A stretch of 64,000 nucleotides of DNA from Thecamonas trahens ATCC 50062 (Eukaryota; Protista; Apusomonadida): assembly GCF_000142905.1 (NCBI RefSeq), contig NW_013657641.1, forward strand, positions 68,907 to 132,906. Direction: 5' to 3'. The notes below the pieces were generated by a model. It saw only the letters and a list, made by a program, of their open reading frames with translations, was not told where the DNA came from and did not search any database. Each line of letters opens with the position of its first letter. Position 1 is the first letter of the stretch. Positions 11,454 to 22,056 of the stretch are shown piece by piece. Position numbers and translations under genes: made by a program.

Positions 11454-12711
11454 GTCTGACTCGGAGGTGGCACGGGCGCTCGAGGCGGTGGACGGCGGGC
11501 TAGGCTCGCGGCCTGGACATCACTCGCAGCAGCGACATGCGCACTCTCCGCAACGGTCTGAAAACAGTTCGCCGGTCCGCTCCTCATCGGGCTACTCACT
11601 CACTTCGCCCAAGTCAGGCCGCTTTCCAGACATTCCTCTTGCCGCTGCACGCTCTGGCACCGCGCTGGCGGTGACACCGGTGCGGACGCCTGTCCAGTCG
11701 CCGCGGCCGAGCAACTCGTACTCGACCGAGGACGTGCGAATGGGGCCGGCGGCAGCGGCAGCAGTGACTGACGAACTCGAATCGGACAAGGCGAGGGAAA
11801 GGGCGAAGCGCCGTGACCAGAAAGAAAAGCGCAAGCGGAAGGAGAAGGCCAAGAAGCGGAAGGACAAGTGCAAGGTTAAGGGCAAGGACAAGGGCAAGAG
11901 CAAGGAGAAGGAGAAGGAGAAGGAGAAGGGCAAGCATCGCCGCCGTCGCCGCACTTCGTCAAACTCGGTGTCCAAGTCACCCGCAACCGGCGCTGACATC
12001 AGGCTCACCCTTATCTCGCCTTCTGGCTCGCTTGGCGGCGGAGTCAAGGCGCTGCCCTCGCCTATCGATGACGACTCATCCGAAGCTATGCAGATTCCTG
12101 CGACAACAAGCAAGGATTCGTCGTTTGATGCCATGCCGTCGAGCTTGCCGCCAACAACGCCAATCTCACCGTCAGTGTCGGCCCTTGCCTCGACGGGCTC
12201 GCTCGATCAGGAATTGCACTCGACCCGCGAGGCCGAGCTGGCCGCAGAGCTTGATCGGGTCCGCGCCGAGCTGGCCTCCTCGCAGAAGCTCTTCTCCAAG
12301 CAGGCTGCAGTCATCACTGCCAAGCTGCAGGCAGCCATTCAAGCAGCCCGCGACGAGGCCGAAGATGCCAAACTCCGCTACGATGCGGTCGCCTCGGCGC
12401 TGCAGGCCATCGAGTCGGGCGCGACGGCATCGGTTCTCGACGAGCTCGTCGCGCTCCGCCAGCGCAATGCCAAGCTCGAGGCCCGCTGCACAGCTGCTGA
12501 AGCTGCTGCCGCGGCACCCCAGTCGAACCAAGCTCCAACCCAGCTCTCTCAATCGAGCATGCCGAGCAAGTCGAGCACGCCGACCAAGGCCGAGGTCAAG
12601 GCCTCGCCGGTCTACGCCACACTTCTCACCAAGTACACTGCGCTCAAGCAGCAGTTCTTGGCGCTTGCGGCTCAGCGCGATGCTGCGCTTCAGAAGCTGG
12701 CGGCAAGCTAG
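10942..12711 (+). CDS. Hypothetical low-complexity protein (Ser/Gly-rich, Lys-rich block, C-terminal coiled coil)
   Basis: Long ORF with a KEK/KRK basic tract and a coiled-coil C-terminus. The 5' end is uncertain because of the gap at 10552-10825. Confidence 0.6.
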
Positions 12712-12794
12712 CACTGTGGAAGCAGGAAGCAGGATACAAGGGGTTTAGTCAAAGAGAAGAGAAGTGTTGTGTATGCGTCGGCCTGCGTGCCGGT

Positions 12795-14201
12795 CTAGGC
12801 ATGGCGCTTGAGGAAAGCCCACATGCTCTTGGCGTTGTCTGAGACCGATTGGCCGATCGACGAGATCTCGACCGGCTTGGCACGCGACTTGGAGGCAGCA
12901 GGCTTGGCGGCGGTCGGCTCTGCGGGCTTGGCGGCCGAGGTGAGGACGCCTTGGGCGATGGCCGACTTGCTCGGGGCCGACGCCGGCGCCGGGGCAACGC
13001 GCTGCTTGAACGTTGGGTCGAGGCCGGTGACCATGACCGAGACGCGGATGGTGCCCTCCGGGAGTGCCGGGTCGTACGACGAGCCGAAGATGATGTTGGC
13101 GTCGTCGTCGACCGAGGCGCGGATGGTCTCTGTGGTTGTGGAGACGTCGAAGAGCGTCAGGTCATCGCCGCCCGAGATGCAAACGAGGACACCCTGGGCA
13201 TGGGCGAGGTTGACGTTCTCGAGCAGAGGGTTGGCCAGCGCCTGCGCAGTCGCCACCGACGCGCGGTCGTCGCCCTCGGCCTCGCCCGAGCCCATGAGGG
13301 CCCGTCCCTTATTGGACATGACGGTGGTGACATCGGCAAAGTCGACGTTGACCAGGCCTGGGTTGACAATGAGGTCGGTCACGCCACGGATGCCCTCGTA
13401 CAGCACGCCATCGGCAGCCTGGAACGCGTTGCCCATGGTGATGTTGCGCCCAAGCGAGAGCAGGTTCTCGTTGGGAATGACCAGCAGCGTGTCAACGTAC
13501 TTCTCCAGCTCGCTAATACCCTCCTCAGCCTGCCGCCGCCGCCGCCCGCCCTCGAACGGGAACGGCTTGGTCACGATGCCGACTGAGAGAATGCCGAGCT
13601 CCCTCGCCGCCGCCGCGATGACCGGCGACGCACCAGTCCCGGTCCCGCCACCCATACCTACACATCGAGGGCCACACGAGAAGGAAAAGAGGAAAGAGGA
13701 GAGAGAGAGAGAGTGAGTGTGTGAGAGAGTGAGTGGAGGGGGATGGGGGATGGAGGGGATGGGGGAGTAGTCACCATAGTCCCTGACGGCATGTCCCCAC
13801 GTACCGGCGGTGAGAAACACCATGTTGTTGCCCTTGAGCTCGTCCATGATGGCGTCGTAGGAAAAGGCAGCGGCATCATAACCCGCACGCGGCGAGGCAC
13901 CAGCACCCAGACCAGTACGACCAAGATGAAGTGTCCGATGGGCAAGGCTCTGAGCAAGGCTCTGAGCATCGGTGTTGCAAGCGAGAAAGTCGACGCCTGT
14001 GAGAGCGCGCGAGATCATGTTGTTGACGGCATTGCAGCCACCGCCACCGACACCGACGACCAGGATGGACGGTGTGAGGTTGGTACCAGCAAGAGGTGCG
14101 TCAGAGGCAAGGACAGATGCCCCGCATCCCACAACGCTGCTGCTCACCATACGGCATCCAACTCGGCTCACAGGCAGTGCTCGCAGTGTCAGCCCAAGCA
14201 T
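12795..14201 (-). CDS. ftsZ: Mitochondrial FtsZ; two exons, intron 13658-13804
   Basis: VVGVGGGGCNAVNNM, NTDAQSL, GLGAG, TAG|MGGGTGTG after splicing, VTKPFPFEG, PGLVNVDFADV and NIIFG. Arg/Ser-rich presequence MLGLTLRALPVSRVGCRMVSS; C-terminal WAFLKRHA. Confidence 0.95.
   Translation of the reverse strand: MLGLTLRALPVSRVGCRMVSSSVVGCGASVLASDAPLAGTNLTPSILVVGVGGGGCNAVNNMISRALTGVDFLACNTDAQSLAQSLAHRTLHLGRTGLGAGASPRAGYDAAAFSYDAIMDELKGNNMVFLTAGTWGHAVRDYGDYSPIPSIPHPPPLTLSHTHSLSLSSFLFSFSCGPRCVGMGGGTGTGASPVIAAAARELGILSVGIVTKPFPFEGGRRRRQAEEGISELEKYVDTLLVIPNENLLSLGRNITMGNAFQAADGVLYEGIRGVTDLIVNPGLVNVDFADVTTVMSNKGRALMGSGEAEGDDRASVATAQALANPLLENVNLAHAQGVLVCISGGDDLTLFDVSTTTETIRASVDDDANIIFGSSYDPALPEGTIRVSVMVTGLDPTFKQRVAPAPASAPSKSAIAQGVLTSAAKPAEPTAAKPAASKSRAKPVEISSIGQSVSDNAKSMWAFLKRHA
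13658..13804 (-). other. Spliceosomal intron of ftsZ (147 nt, in frame, no stop)
   Basis: G|GTACGT...TGTAG|GT boundaries with a pyrimidine-rich interior. Removal restores the tubulin/FtsZ signature. Confidence 0.9.
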
Positions 14202-14459
14202 ATGCTTCGTCTTGGCGCCAAAATTGACAGTCGCGTGTGTCGCGTTGCCGCCGTCTTTGCGCCCGCCCCGCCCCCCCTTTGCGCCCGCCCCCAATCGACC
14301 GACCGACCGACCGACCGCGCGTCAACCCGGCCGACTGACCGCGCCAACCCGGTTGCCGGCCACTTGCCACTCTGCCTGTCTGCTAACTCCTCTACCTCCA
14401 TCGAGATATACATATCTCGGGCACTGGCCATTACTTGCTCCTTTTGCTCCGCCTGGGGT

Positions 14460-15593
14460 TTACCTTACACCAGCATCGCTAGCGTCGCCAGCATCGCTAG
14501 CGTCGCCAGCATCGCCAGCATCGCTAGAGTCGCCAGCATCGCTAGCGTCGCCAACATCACCAGCATCACCACTACTAGAGGTCGACGTCGCTGCTCCATC
14601 GCTTCCGCTTCCACCTCCATCCCCATCCCCAGAACCGGAGTTCTGGTCAGGCTGCAGAGTCGACACCGTCTCGGGCTCGGGCTCGGCCAGGGCGCCGTCG
14701 GGGAGCATGCCAGACGAGACGTCAGCGATGGTGGCATCGACGGCCGAGACGGCGTAGACGTACGACCAGCGGAGGTAAAAGACGAATATGAGGTGGGTGA
14801 CGACGACGACGGCGAGGAGAATGAGCCCATTGCGCTTCGACTGGGCGCGGGTCATGAGGACGGCGCCTAGCTTGGCGCCGGCGGCACCGGCGACAATAAA
14901 CAAAAGCGCAAAGAAGACATTAGACGAAGCGAGGAGCGAGCTTGCGAGCAGGGTGATGCACGCCGAGAAGAGGGCGTAGCCCGTGAGCGAGAAGACCGGG
15001 ATAAAGGCGAGGTGGTCGTTGCCGGAGAGCAGATAGCCGAGGATGTAAAAGAAGCCAGCTGCGCCGATCCAGTACGAGAAGACGACTGCAAGGGCGGTTC
15101 CCATGAGCGTGCCCTCGTGCAGGGTGTGGTGAGAGACCTTCATGCCGAGGAGGAGGACGGCGACCAGGGTGAGAGCGCACATGAGTGGGCCATACAAGTC
15201 GGGCTTCCCCACCACTGCCGCCATGGATGGCAGCGGTACAAGAGACTCTCCGAGCCTTCGCACCACATCGCTGTGTTCCACATCAAAGTACGGCCGCACC
15301 ACATCGACCTTGGCGTAGCTCTTGACCAGCCTGCTTGTCGACTGGCTCGTCGAGTCGACCAGCGACGACGTGAGACTGGCCGCCAAGCCCGACTCCATCA
15401 GCACCGCCGCCGCCGCCGCCGTCCCTGCTGACATGCCCAGGCCACCAGCTCCGACCCCGACCCCGGCCCCAGCCCCAGTCTCAGCTCCAGCCCCTGCTCC
15501 GCCACCCATGCCGATGCCATCGTCGTAGGCTGGTGCGGCGAGGTCGTCTTCGCCCAACTCCATGTCGTCAAACCACCCGTCAGACGATTGCAT
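14460..15593 (-). CDS. YIPF3: Yip1-domain Golgi membrane protein, YIPF3-like
   Basis: RPYFDVE...RLGESLVP...DLYGPLM...GMK...EGTLMGTA is the YIPF3-type signature. About five TM helices and an acidic DAGDAS repeat tail. Confidence 0.85.
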   Translation of the reverse strand: MQSSDGWFDDMELGEDDLAAPAYDDGIGMGGGAGAGAETGAGAGVGVGAGGLGMSAGTAAAAAVLMESGLAASLTSSLVDSTSQSTSRLVKSYAKVDVVRPYFDVEHSDVVRRLGESLVPLPSMAAVVGKPDLYGPLMCALTLVAVLLLGMKVSHHTLHEGTLMGTALAVVFSYWIGAAGFFYILGYLLSGNDHLAFIPVFSLTGYALFSACITLLASSLLASSNVFFALLFIVAGAAGAKLGAVLMTRAQSKRNGLILLAVVVVTHLIFVFYLRWSYVYAVSAVDATIADVSSGMLPDGALAEPEPETVSTLQPDQNSGSGDGDGGGSGSDGAATSTSSSGDAGDVGDASDAGDSSDAGDAGDASDAGDASDAGVR

Positions 15594-15896
15594 GGTATGC
15601 AGTGTGTGTGTATGTAGTGTACGTGGTGTGTGTGTTTGTGTGTGTTTGCGTGTGTGTGTGTGTGTGTGTGTGTGCGGTGAGTGGTGCGTGCCTTGGTGCA
15701 TAGGTGAGCTCCTCCTCTCGCCAACCACTACCCGCCCCCCCCCCCCCCCCCCTTCCCCCTCCCCTCTCTCCCTCCACCCACACCCACCCTCACCTAAAAA
15801 GGAGCGGACAGTTTGTTCAATGTTTGTTCATCGCATCATACAGCCGACGCGTGAGTGGTCCAGGGCACTACTGCACGGCTATGAGCAACAACGTTG

Positions 15897-18741
15897 TTAA
15901 GCGGCTGCCTGCTTGCGCTCACGCAGCCGGTCGACGGGCGAGCGCTGGCGCTTGGCCTGGATCTTGAAAACGCCTGTGGTCTTCTTCTTCATCGACGCAA
16001 TGTAGATAAAGTCTGACTGGCAAAGGTACTTGAGCGGCGAGGCGTGCGAGAGCGTCTGGCAGACGTTGTGGTTGTCAAGCGAGACAAACTCGACCGACTT
16101 GTCGGTAAAGCCAACAATGTAGTTGGAGCCGTTGTAGACGACGTCGACGACGGGCGCGGCCCACTCAAACTCAAAGACTGTGGCGCCGGTGCGGATGTCG
16201 ATGGCCTTGGCCGACGTCTTGAACGAGAACAGGACCGTGTAGCCGTCGAGGTGGAGGACCGCCGCCGGCGGCGCCTTGCCCTTGAACGACGCCAGCTCCG
16301 AGGTCTTGTACGACGCAATGTCGATGATGTTGAGCTCGGTCTTGTTTGACACCGAGCCGCAGATGATCTTGGAGAGGATGTTGGTTGTCGGGTCCTTGAA
16401 CAGGAGGCCGACCTGCGTCCGCGACGAGGTCGAGAACTCGACCAGATGCATAAACTTGTTGTATGGGTGCGGCGCCCATTCGCAGAGGTAGAGCTTCTTC
16501 TTGATGGCTGCGCAGAGGAAAAAGTTCGAGTTGTCCTCGCCGTCGCGGCCGATAAAGATCGAGTGGCAGTTCTTGGTCGACGCCAGCACCGCCCCGGCCT
16601 TGGTCTTCTTCTTCTTCTTGCCGGCGCCCGCCAGCGACCGCAGCTCGTACACCACCACTTGCGACGACGAGCCCGAGATGGTGACCACTACCGAGAGCTC
16701 CTCGATCACAATCAGCTCCACACACTTGACCTTGACCACCCGAACGAGCGTCAGCTCGGGGCTCGCCGCGTGCGGGTCAAACAGGTAGATGCCCTTGGAC
16801 GTGCCGATGAACAGCTTTTCGCCCCAGTTGTCGGCGCAATTGGCTCCGCGAGTAAAGTCGCGGAGCAGCGCCTGCGCCTCAAAAGTGTGCGCGTAGCCCT
16901 CCGGAACGCTCACCTGGTGCAGCGGCGTCGTCGACGCAGGCCGGAGCGTCGACGACACCGTCGAGTCAGCCCGCCCATGCGTCGCCACGCCGACCTTGAG
17001 CGAGTCCACGTTCTTGGCCAACGGTTTGTTCTTGCCCGCAGGCGACTTGCCCTTGCTAGCCTTGGCCTTGGTCGCCGCGCTCGCACCGTCCGCGTCCGAG
17101 TCCTCATCCGAGTCCGAGTCCGAGCCCTGCACCGCCACGTCCGGCACCGCCGCCGCAGGCGCGGCAGCCTCCGGCATCTTCTTCTTGATAAACGTGCCCG
17201 AGTCGTCCTCATCCGACGTCGTGTCCGACTTGGGCGCCTCGCCCGCCTTCATCCGCATCATCGTCCCAGCCGCCCGCCCGAGTCCGACTCTGAGTCCGAG
17301 TCCGAGTCCGAGTCCGAGCCCGAGTCCGAGCCTGACGACGCGTTGGCCTCGGCCTCGCGCGCCTGCTCAATGAGCTCGGTCAGAATCGCCGCAGACGTCG
17401 GCGCGTTCTTGAGAAACTCGTGCTCTAGAATCTCAACCGCCGACGGCCGTCCGGCAGGGTCCTTGACAAGGCACGCTTCCAGAAACGCGTGGAATGCCGA
17501 GCTCCACGCCTTTTTGTCGTGGAGCGACGGCACGCGCTGCGCAGAGCCGATGAGGAACAGCGCACGCATCGGGTGCACGTCGCCGTATGGTGGGCCGAGC
17601 TCAGCCATCTCGATCGCAGTAATGCCCATCGACCAGATGTCCGCCTTGGCGTCGTATGGGTCGCCGTCAGACTCCACCATGATCACCTCGGGCGCGATCC
17701 AGTACGGCGTCCCAATAAACGTGTTGCGCTTGGAGAGTGTCGTGTTGAGAATCGCAGAAACGCCAAAGTCCGCAAGCAGCACCCGCCCGTCAGAGGTCAG
17801 GAGCACGTTGCCGCCCTTGATATCGCGATGGATCATCCCGTTCTCGTGCAAGTACAGCAGTCCCTTGAACGACTCGCGCACAATGTACGCAATCTGCGCC
17901 TCGGCCAGCGGCGAGTCTAGCGCCTCGTAGATGTCAAGCACAGAGCCACCGTCACAAAACTCCATCACAATCCACAGATCGTCGTCCACCATGTACGAGC
18001 CAAAGTACTTGACAATGTTCGGATGGTCGCACTGCTTGAGGATGCGAATCTCATTGATGACATCCTCGAGGTCCTGTCCTCCACACACACCGGCAAACAT
18101 CCCCCAACACCCACACCATACCCCACATACTCTCCATGAGTCACGCTGTCCTTGCCTCCCCCCCCTTGTACCCTTCCCACTGCCCTCCCCCCGTCTTTCC
18201 TTCCCCTGCTCCCGCCTCTCGTCTCTCACGTTTTTTTGCCCCAAAGGCAGTCGACAACTCAACACGCAGCGAGCGGCAAGGAAGGCCACTTGCCAGCCAG
18301 CCGAGCGGCACCACCACAAGCAGGCTTCAGCTCCCCACCAGTCTAGGTCTACCCTCCCCCATCCCTTGTCCCTCTTCCCTCTTCCCCTTCCCCCCCTCAT
18401 TCCCCCCTTCTCGCCCTTCTATCCCCTCTCCCCTCCCCCCCACCACCTTTCAGAACTTGGCGAACATAGCGTCGTCGGCATGGGGTGGCGGCCAAAGCCG
18501 GTGCAAGGGGAGGGGCGAAAGAGCCCAATTTCCGACAACTGGCGGCCCAGGGGGGGAGGGGGGGCTCACTCTGGTCACGTACCTCGCCTTCTTCCAGAGC
18601 CAGGGTCTTAATAGCGACGACGGCACCAGTAGCCTTTGACATGCCCTTGAAGACCGACCCATATGAGCCTCGTCCGACCTTCTCAATGATCTCGTACAGG
18701 TCCCGCGGGTCGCCGGCGTCCACCACGTCGGCGATCGACAT
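15897..18741 (-). CDS. STE20/GCK-family kinase with C-terminal CNH domain (MAP4K-like); exon 1 18583-18741, intron 18074-18582, one -1 frameshift near 17275
   Basis: KVGRGSYGSVFK, VAIK, HRDIKGGN, LADFG and TFIGTPYWIAPE. CNH beta-propeller motifs LFIGTSKGIY, FLCAAIKKK and W..P..KFM. Splice sites GAG|GTACGT and ACAG|GAC in phase 0. Confidence 0.88.
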
Positions 18742-18993
18742 GTTTGGCGGGTGACGACGAGTGGTGACCGATGTCTTTCGTTATCCGTCGACTCGTTGAG
18801 AATCCTCCTCCATCCGCCCGTCCACCCGCCCGCCCGCCAACCAATAAGGCCAACGATTAATCACCATCACTTTGAACGCGTGCGCGCCATGCCCAGCCCC
18901 CCTTCCCCTCCCCCCCTCCCCCACCCCACCACATGCCCAACCCAGAACTCCTTCCCCACATCACACCTCACCCCCCACCCCCCCCTGCTTCAC

Positions 18994-21834
18994 ATGGCTG
19001 GTAGTGGGCGAGGAGGAGCGGGAGGTGGGGTACGACGCCTCGCCAACTCGTCGCTACCTGCAAGTCATGCAAGCCATGGTTCGCTTCAAACACGTTCGTT
19101 GCTTTCCCCACATGGGCATGTCGCCACGCGTGGGCTCGATGCAAGACGACAGGCTTACGATGACATCGAGTCGCTGTTCAGTCCATCGCTGGTCCGCGCT
19201 GTGCGGGCGGCGCAAGGCGGGGAACAGAGTCGGGTTCAGGGCGTGGCCCGTCCTGTCGACCCGGCCATGATCTGGGGCGCAGGCCTTGCCGCCTCGCCCA
19301 GAACCAGAGCCCACGTCACCAGACAGACCAGACCCTCCGCCGCCACTTCTGCTGCCACTGAAGGTGGGGATAGTGATGGCGGCGGCAGCGGCAGTGGTGC
19401 TGATGCCGACAATGGCGTCCTCTGGCCGGGCGGCCGTGAGATTCGCCATTGCCTCTCCGACTCGGAGCTTGACAGCCCATCGATGGTTGGCTCTGGCTCT
19501 GGCTCTGGTTCCGGCTCTGGTTCTGGTTCTGACTCTGACTCTGGCTCTGGATCTGGCTACGGATACGGCTCGCGTTACGATGGCTACGACGGTTCTCGGA
19601 CGCTGAGTCCGAACCCGTATGGCTCGGGCAGTGGCTCGGGAACCGGCGGCGGGCTTGGTCGGGCGCTGAGGCAGGCGCCCGAGGCTGTTGTCCCGTTCTC
19701 GCCGGCGACATCAGCCAGCTTTTACGGCATCGAGTGGCCCGGCCCTCTGGCGGGACTCGACGCGTCGCGGGCAGAGGTTGGAGTCGGCGGCAGCAGCAGC
19801 GAGCCGCTGTGGACGTCTACGGCAGACGGCGGCAACGAGAGCAGCAGTCGCAGCCGGGGCGGGCGGCGGAGCCGCGCATCGGCTGGGCGTGGAACGAGAG
19901 TTTACGACGCGAGCCAGCCGGTTCCGGTCTCGCCGCGTGCGCTCGAGGTGGCGCGGGCCGAGTGGCCAGCAAGCGGCGGGCACCCGCCCGTCCTGGTCTT
20001 CTCGGCGCGGTTCGAGTCGGGCAATCTCGCGAGTGCAATACGAGTCGGGCCGGCCGAGTACGAGCTGACGATGGCCCCCGACGTTGGGACGCTCTGTCAT
20101 GCGCAGTGGTTCTACTTTGCTATTAGCGGCGTGGTGCCGGGCGTCAGCTACACCTTTACCATCACCAACTTTATCAAGCCCGACTCGACGTTCAACCGCG
20201 GCCAGTTGCCGGTGGTGTACTCGGATGCCGAGGCGGCGCGGTCGGGCAAGTCGTGGTGGCATGCCGGCTTTGACGTCTGCTACACCAAGACCAAGCGCAA
20301 GCGTCCGGGCACGCGCGCCGCCTACTACTATCAGCTCAGCTTTTCGCTCCGCTTCCCACACGCCGGAGACACTGTATACATTGCGTATGCTTATCCCTAC
20401 ACCTACACCCTCCTCCGCAAGCGGCTGGCGAGTCTCACTGCGGCGGCGCGCAAGGTGCTGCCTCCCGGCACAGTCCACCTCTCGACGCTCTGCCACACGC
20501 TGGCTGGCAATCCAGTTCCGATGCTGCGGGTGAGCGAGCCGAGCGCGCCAGCGCCGCGCCCTGGCATTGTCTTTACCGCCCGAGTCCACCCCGGCGAGTC
20601 GCCGTCATCGTGGATCATGGACGGCCTGCTCGAGGCCCTCCTTGCGCCTCACGGGCCCGGCGCTCTGCTCCGGTCCACCTTTGACTTTCTTGTCATCCCC
20701 ATGCTCAACCCCGATGGAGTCATCCGCGGCAACTACCGGTGCTCGCTGGCTGGCGTTGACCTCAACCGTCAGTGGGCCAAGCCGTCGTCGCTAGTTGTTC
20801 CGTCGATCTTTCACGCTAAGGCCGCCATTGCCGCCTTTCATAACCTGCACCCGGTTGCGCTGGCCGTCGACGTCCACGCTCACTCGCGAGCGCACGCCAT
20901 GTTCATGTACGGCTGCGAGGACACCACGCCCGGCTCGCCGCCCTACGCCGCGCAAGTCTTTCCGCGCCTTCTTTATCGCCGCTCGCTCCTCTTCTCCTTT
21001 TCGCAGTGCTCGTTCAAGGTCTCCAAGTCGAAGGAGTCGACTGCCCGCGTTGTCCTCACCCGCGAGCTTGGCATCGCCAACTCGTACACTCTCGAGTCGA
21101 CCTTTGGCGGCGCAACAGCCGGCCCGCTTGCCGGCCTCCACTTTGTGCGCGACGACCTCTCCTCAATGGGCACCGCTCTGCTGGAGACGCTCGTTGAGCT
21201 GGGTGGGCCTGGCGCAACCGTCCGCGACGACACTCTTGCCGAGCTCGCCGTTCTCCACGCATCGCTGGCGTCCCGCGGCGACGACGGTGGTGACACCGAC
21301 GACGAGCTCGACGACTCGGCTGCCGCGTCTTCCATCTGTCGCGCCGCCAAGGCCCGGGCCAAGCGTCGTGTCTCGCGCACGCAGACCCGTACCCGTCGGA
21401 CCGGTGCAAAGTCGCGCCGCCGCAAGCTGCGCAAGTCGTCGTCGGCCATTGTCATCTCGTCGCGCTCGACCTCGTCTCTCCGCGCCAAGCCGACTCGCGG
21501 CCAGGCTCGCGCCCGCGCCCGTGTTCGCGCCAAGTCCAAGCCCAAGCCCAAGCTTAAGCCCAAGGGAAAGACCAAGCCGTGTCGTGCGCTCGCCGTCGCC
21601 CGCTCCTGCCCCTCGCCGTCGCCGATGCCGATCGCCAAGGTCGACTCTGAGTCCAAGCCCGCGTCGAGAGGCAGGGTCAAGGTCAAGGTCAAGGCCCAGG
21701 CCAAGGCCAAAGCCAAGGCCAAGGCCAAGACCAAGGCCAAAGGCAAGGGAAAGTTTAAGGTCAAGACCGAGCCGAGGTCCAAGCCCAAAGCCAAGCCGAC
21801 CAAGCCGTTCCCCGGTCGCCGATCAAAGGGCTGA
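18994..21834 (+). CDS. Cytosolic carboxypeptidase (M14D, CCP/AGBL/Nna1 tubulin deglutamylase family)
   Basis: FSARFESGNL, QWFYF, YPYTY, ARVHPGES, PMLNPDGVIRGNYRC, DLNRQW, DVHAHS and SYTLES. Long disordered N-terminus and Lys-rich tail. Confidence 0.93.
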   Translation: MAGSGRGGAGGGVRRLANSSLPASHASHGSLQTRSLLSPHGHVATRGLDARRQAYDDIESLFSPSLVRAVRAAQGGEQSRVQGVARPVDPAMIWGAGLAASPRTRAHVTRQTRPSAATSAATEGGDSDGGGSGSGADADNGVLWPGGREIRHCLSDSELDSPSMVGSGSGSGSGSGSGSDSDSGSGSGYGYGSRYDGYDGSRTLSPNPYGSGSGSGTGGGLGRALRQAPEAVVPFSPATSASFYGIEWPGPLAGLDASRAEVGVGGSSSEPLWTSTADGGNESSSRSRGGRRSRASAGRGTRVYDASQPVPVSPRALEVARAEWPASGGHPPVLVFSARFESGNLASAIRVGPAEYELTMAPDVGTLCHAQWFYFAISGVVPGVSYTFTITNFIKPDSTFNRGQLPVVYSDAEAARSGKSWWHAGFDVCYTKTKRKRPGTRAAYYYQLSFSLRFPHAGDTVYIAYAYPYTYTLLRKRLASLTAAARKVLPPGTVHLSTLCHTLAGNPVPMLRVSEPSAPAPRPGIVFTARVHPGESPSSWIMDGLLEALLAPHGPGALLRSTFDFLVIPMLNPDGVIRGNYRCSLAGVDLNRQWAKPSSLVVPSIFHAKAAIAAFHNLHPVALAVDVHAHSRAHAMFMYGCEDTTPGSPPYAAQVFPRLLYRRSLLFSFSQCSFKVSKSKESTARVVLTRELGIANSYTLESTFGGATAGPLAGLHFVRDDLSSMGTALLETLVELGGPGATVRDDTLAELAVLHASLASRGDDGGDTDDELDDSAAASSICRAAKARAKRRVSRTQTRTRRTGAKSRRRKLRKSSSAIVISSRSTSSLRAKPTRGQARARARVRAKSKPKPKLKPKGKTKPCRALAVARSCPSPSPMPIAKVDSESKPASRGRVKVKVKAQAKAKAKAKAKTKAKGKGKFKVKTEPRSKPKAKPTKPFPGRRSKG

Positions 21835-22056
21835 AAGAGCTGATCGTCGCCCACGAAGCACTCCTACCCTGCCTAGAGTATAACACGACCTGCGGCACTG
21901 CTCTATGTCATTGTCTCCCCGATCATGTACCCTGTAGCCCAGTGAGCGCCTGAGTGGTAACTCGGATCGGGGCCATCACGCGGTCAGTCCGTCTTTGGAG
22001 GACCGCGCCGACCAAACACCGCGCCCGTGCCCGTCACCACCCAACTCTCCTTCACC

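Noticed and set aside
12795-14294. ftsZ as bacterial contamination
   Set aside because: It has a spliceosomal intron and targeting presequence and sits among eukaryotic genes with the same codon bias.
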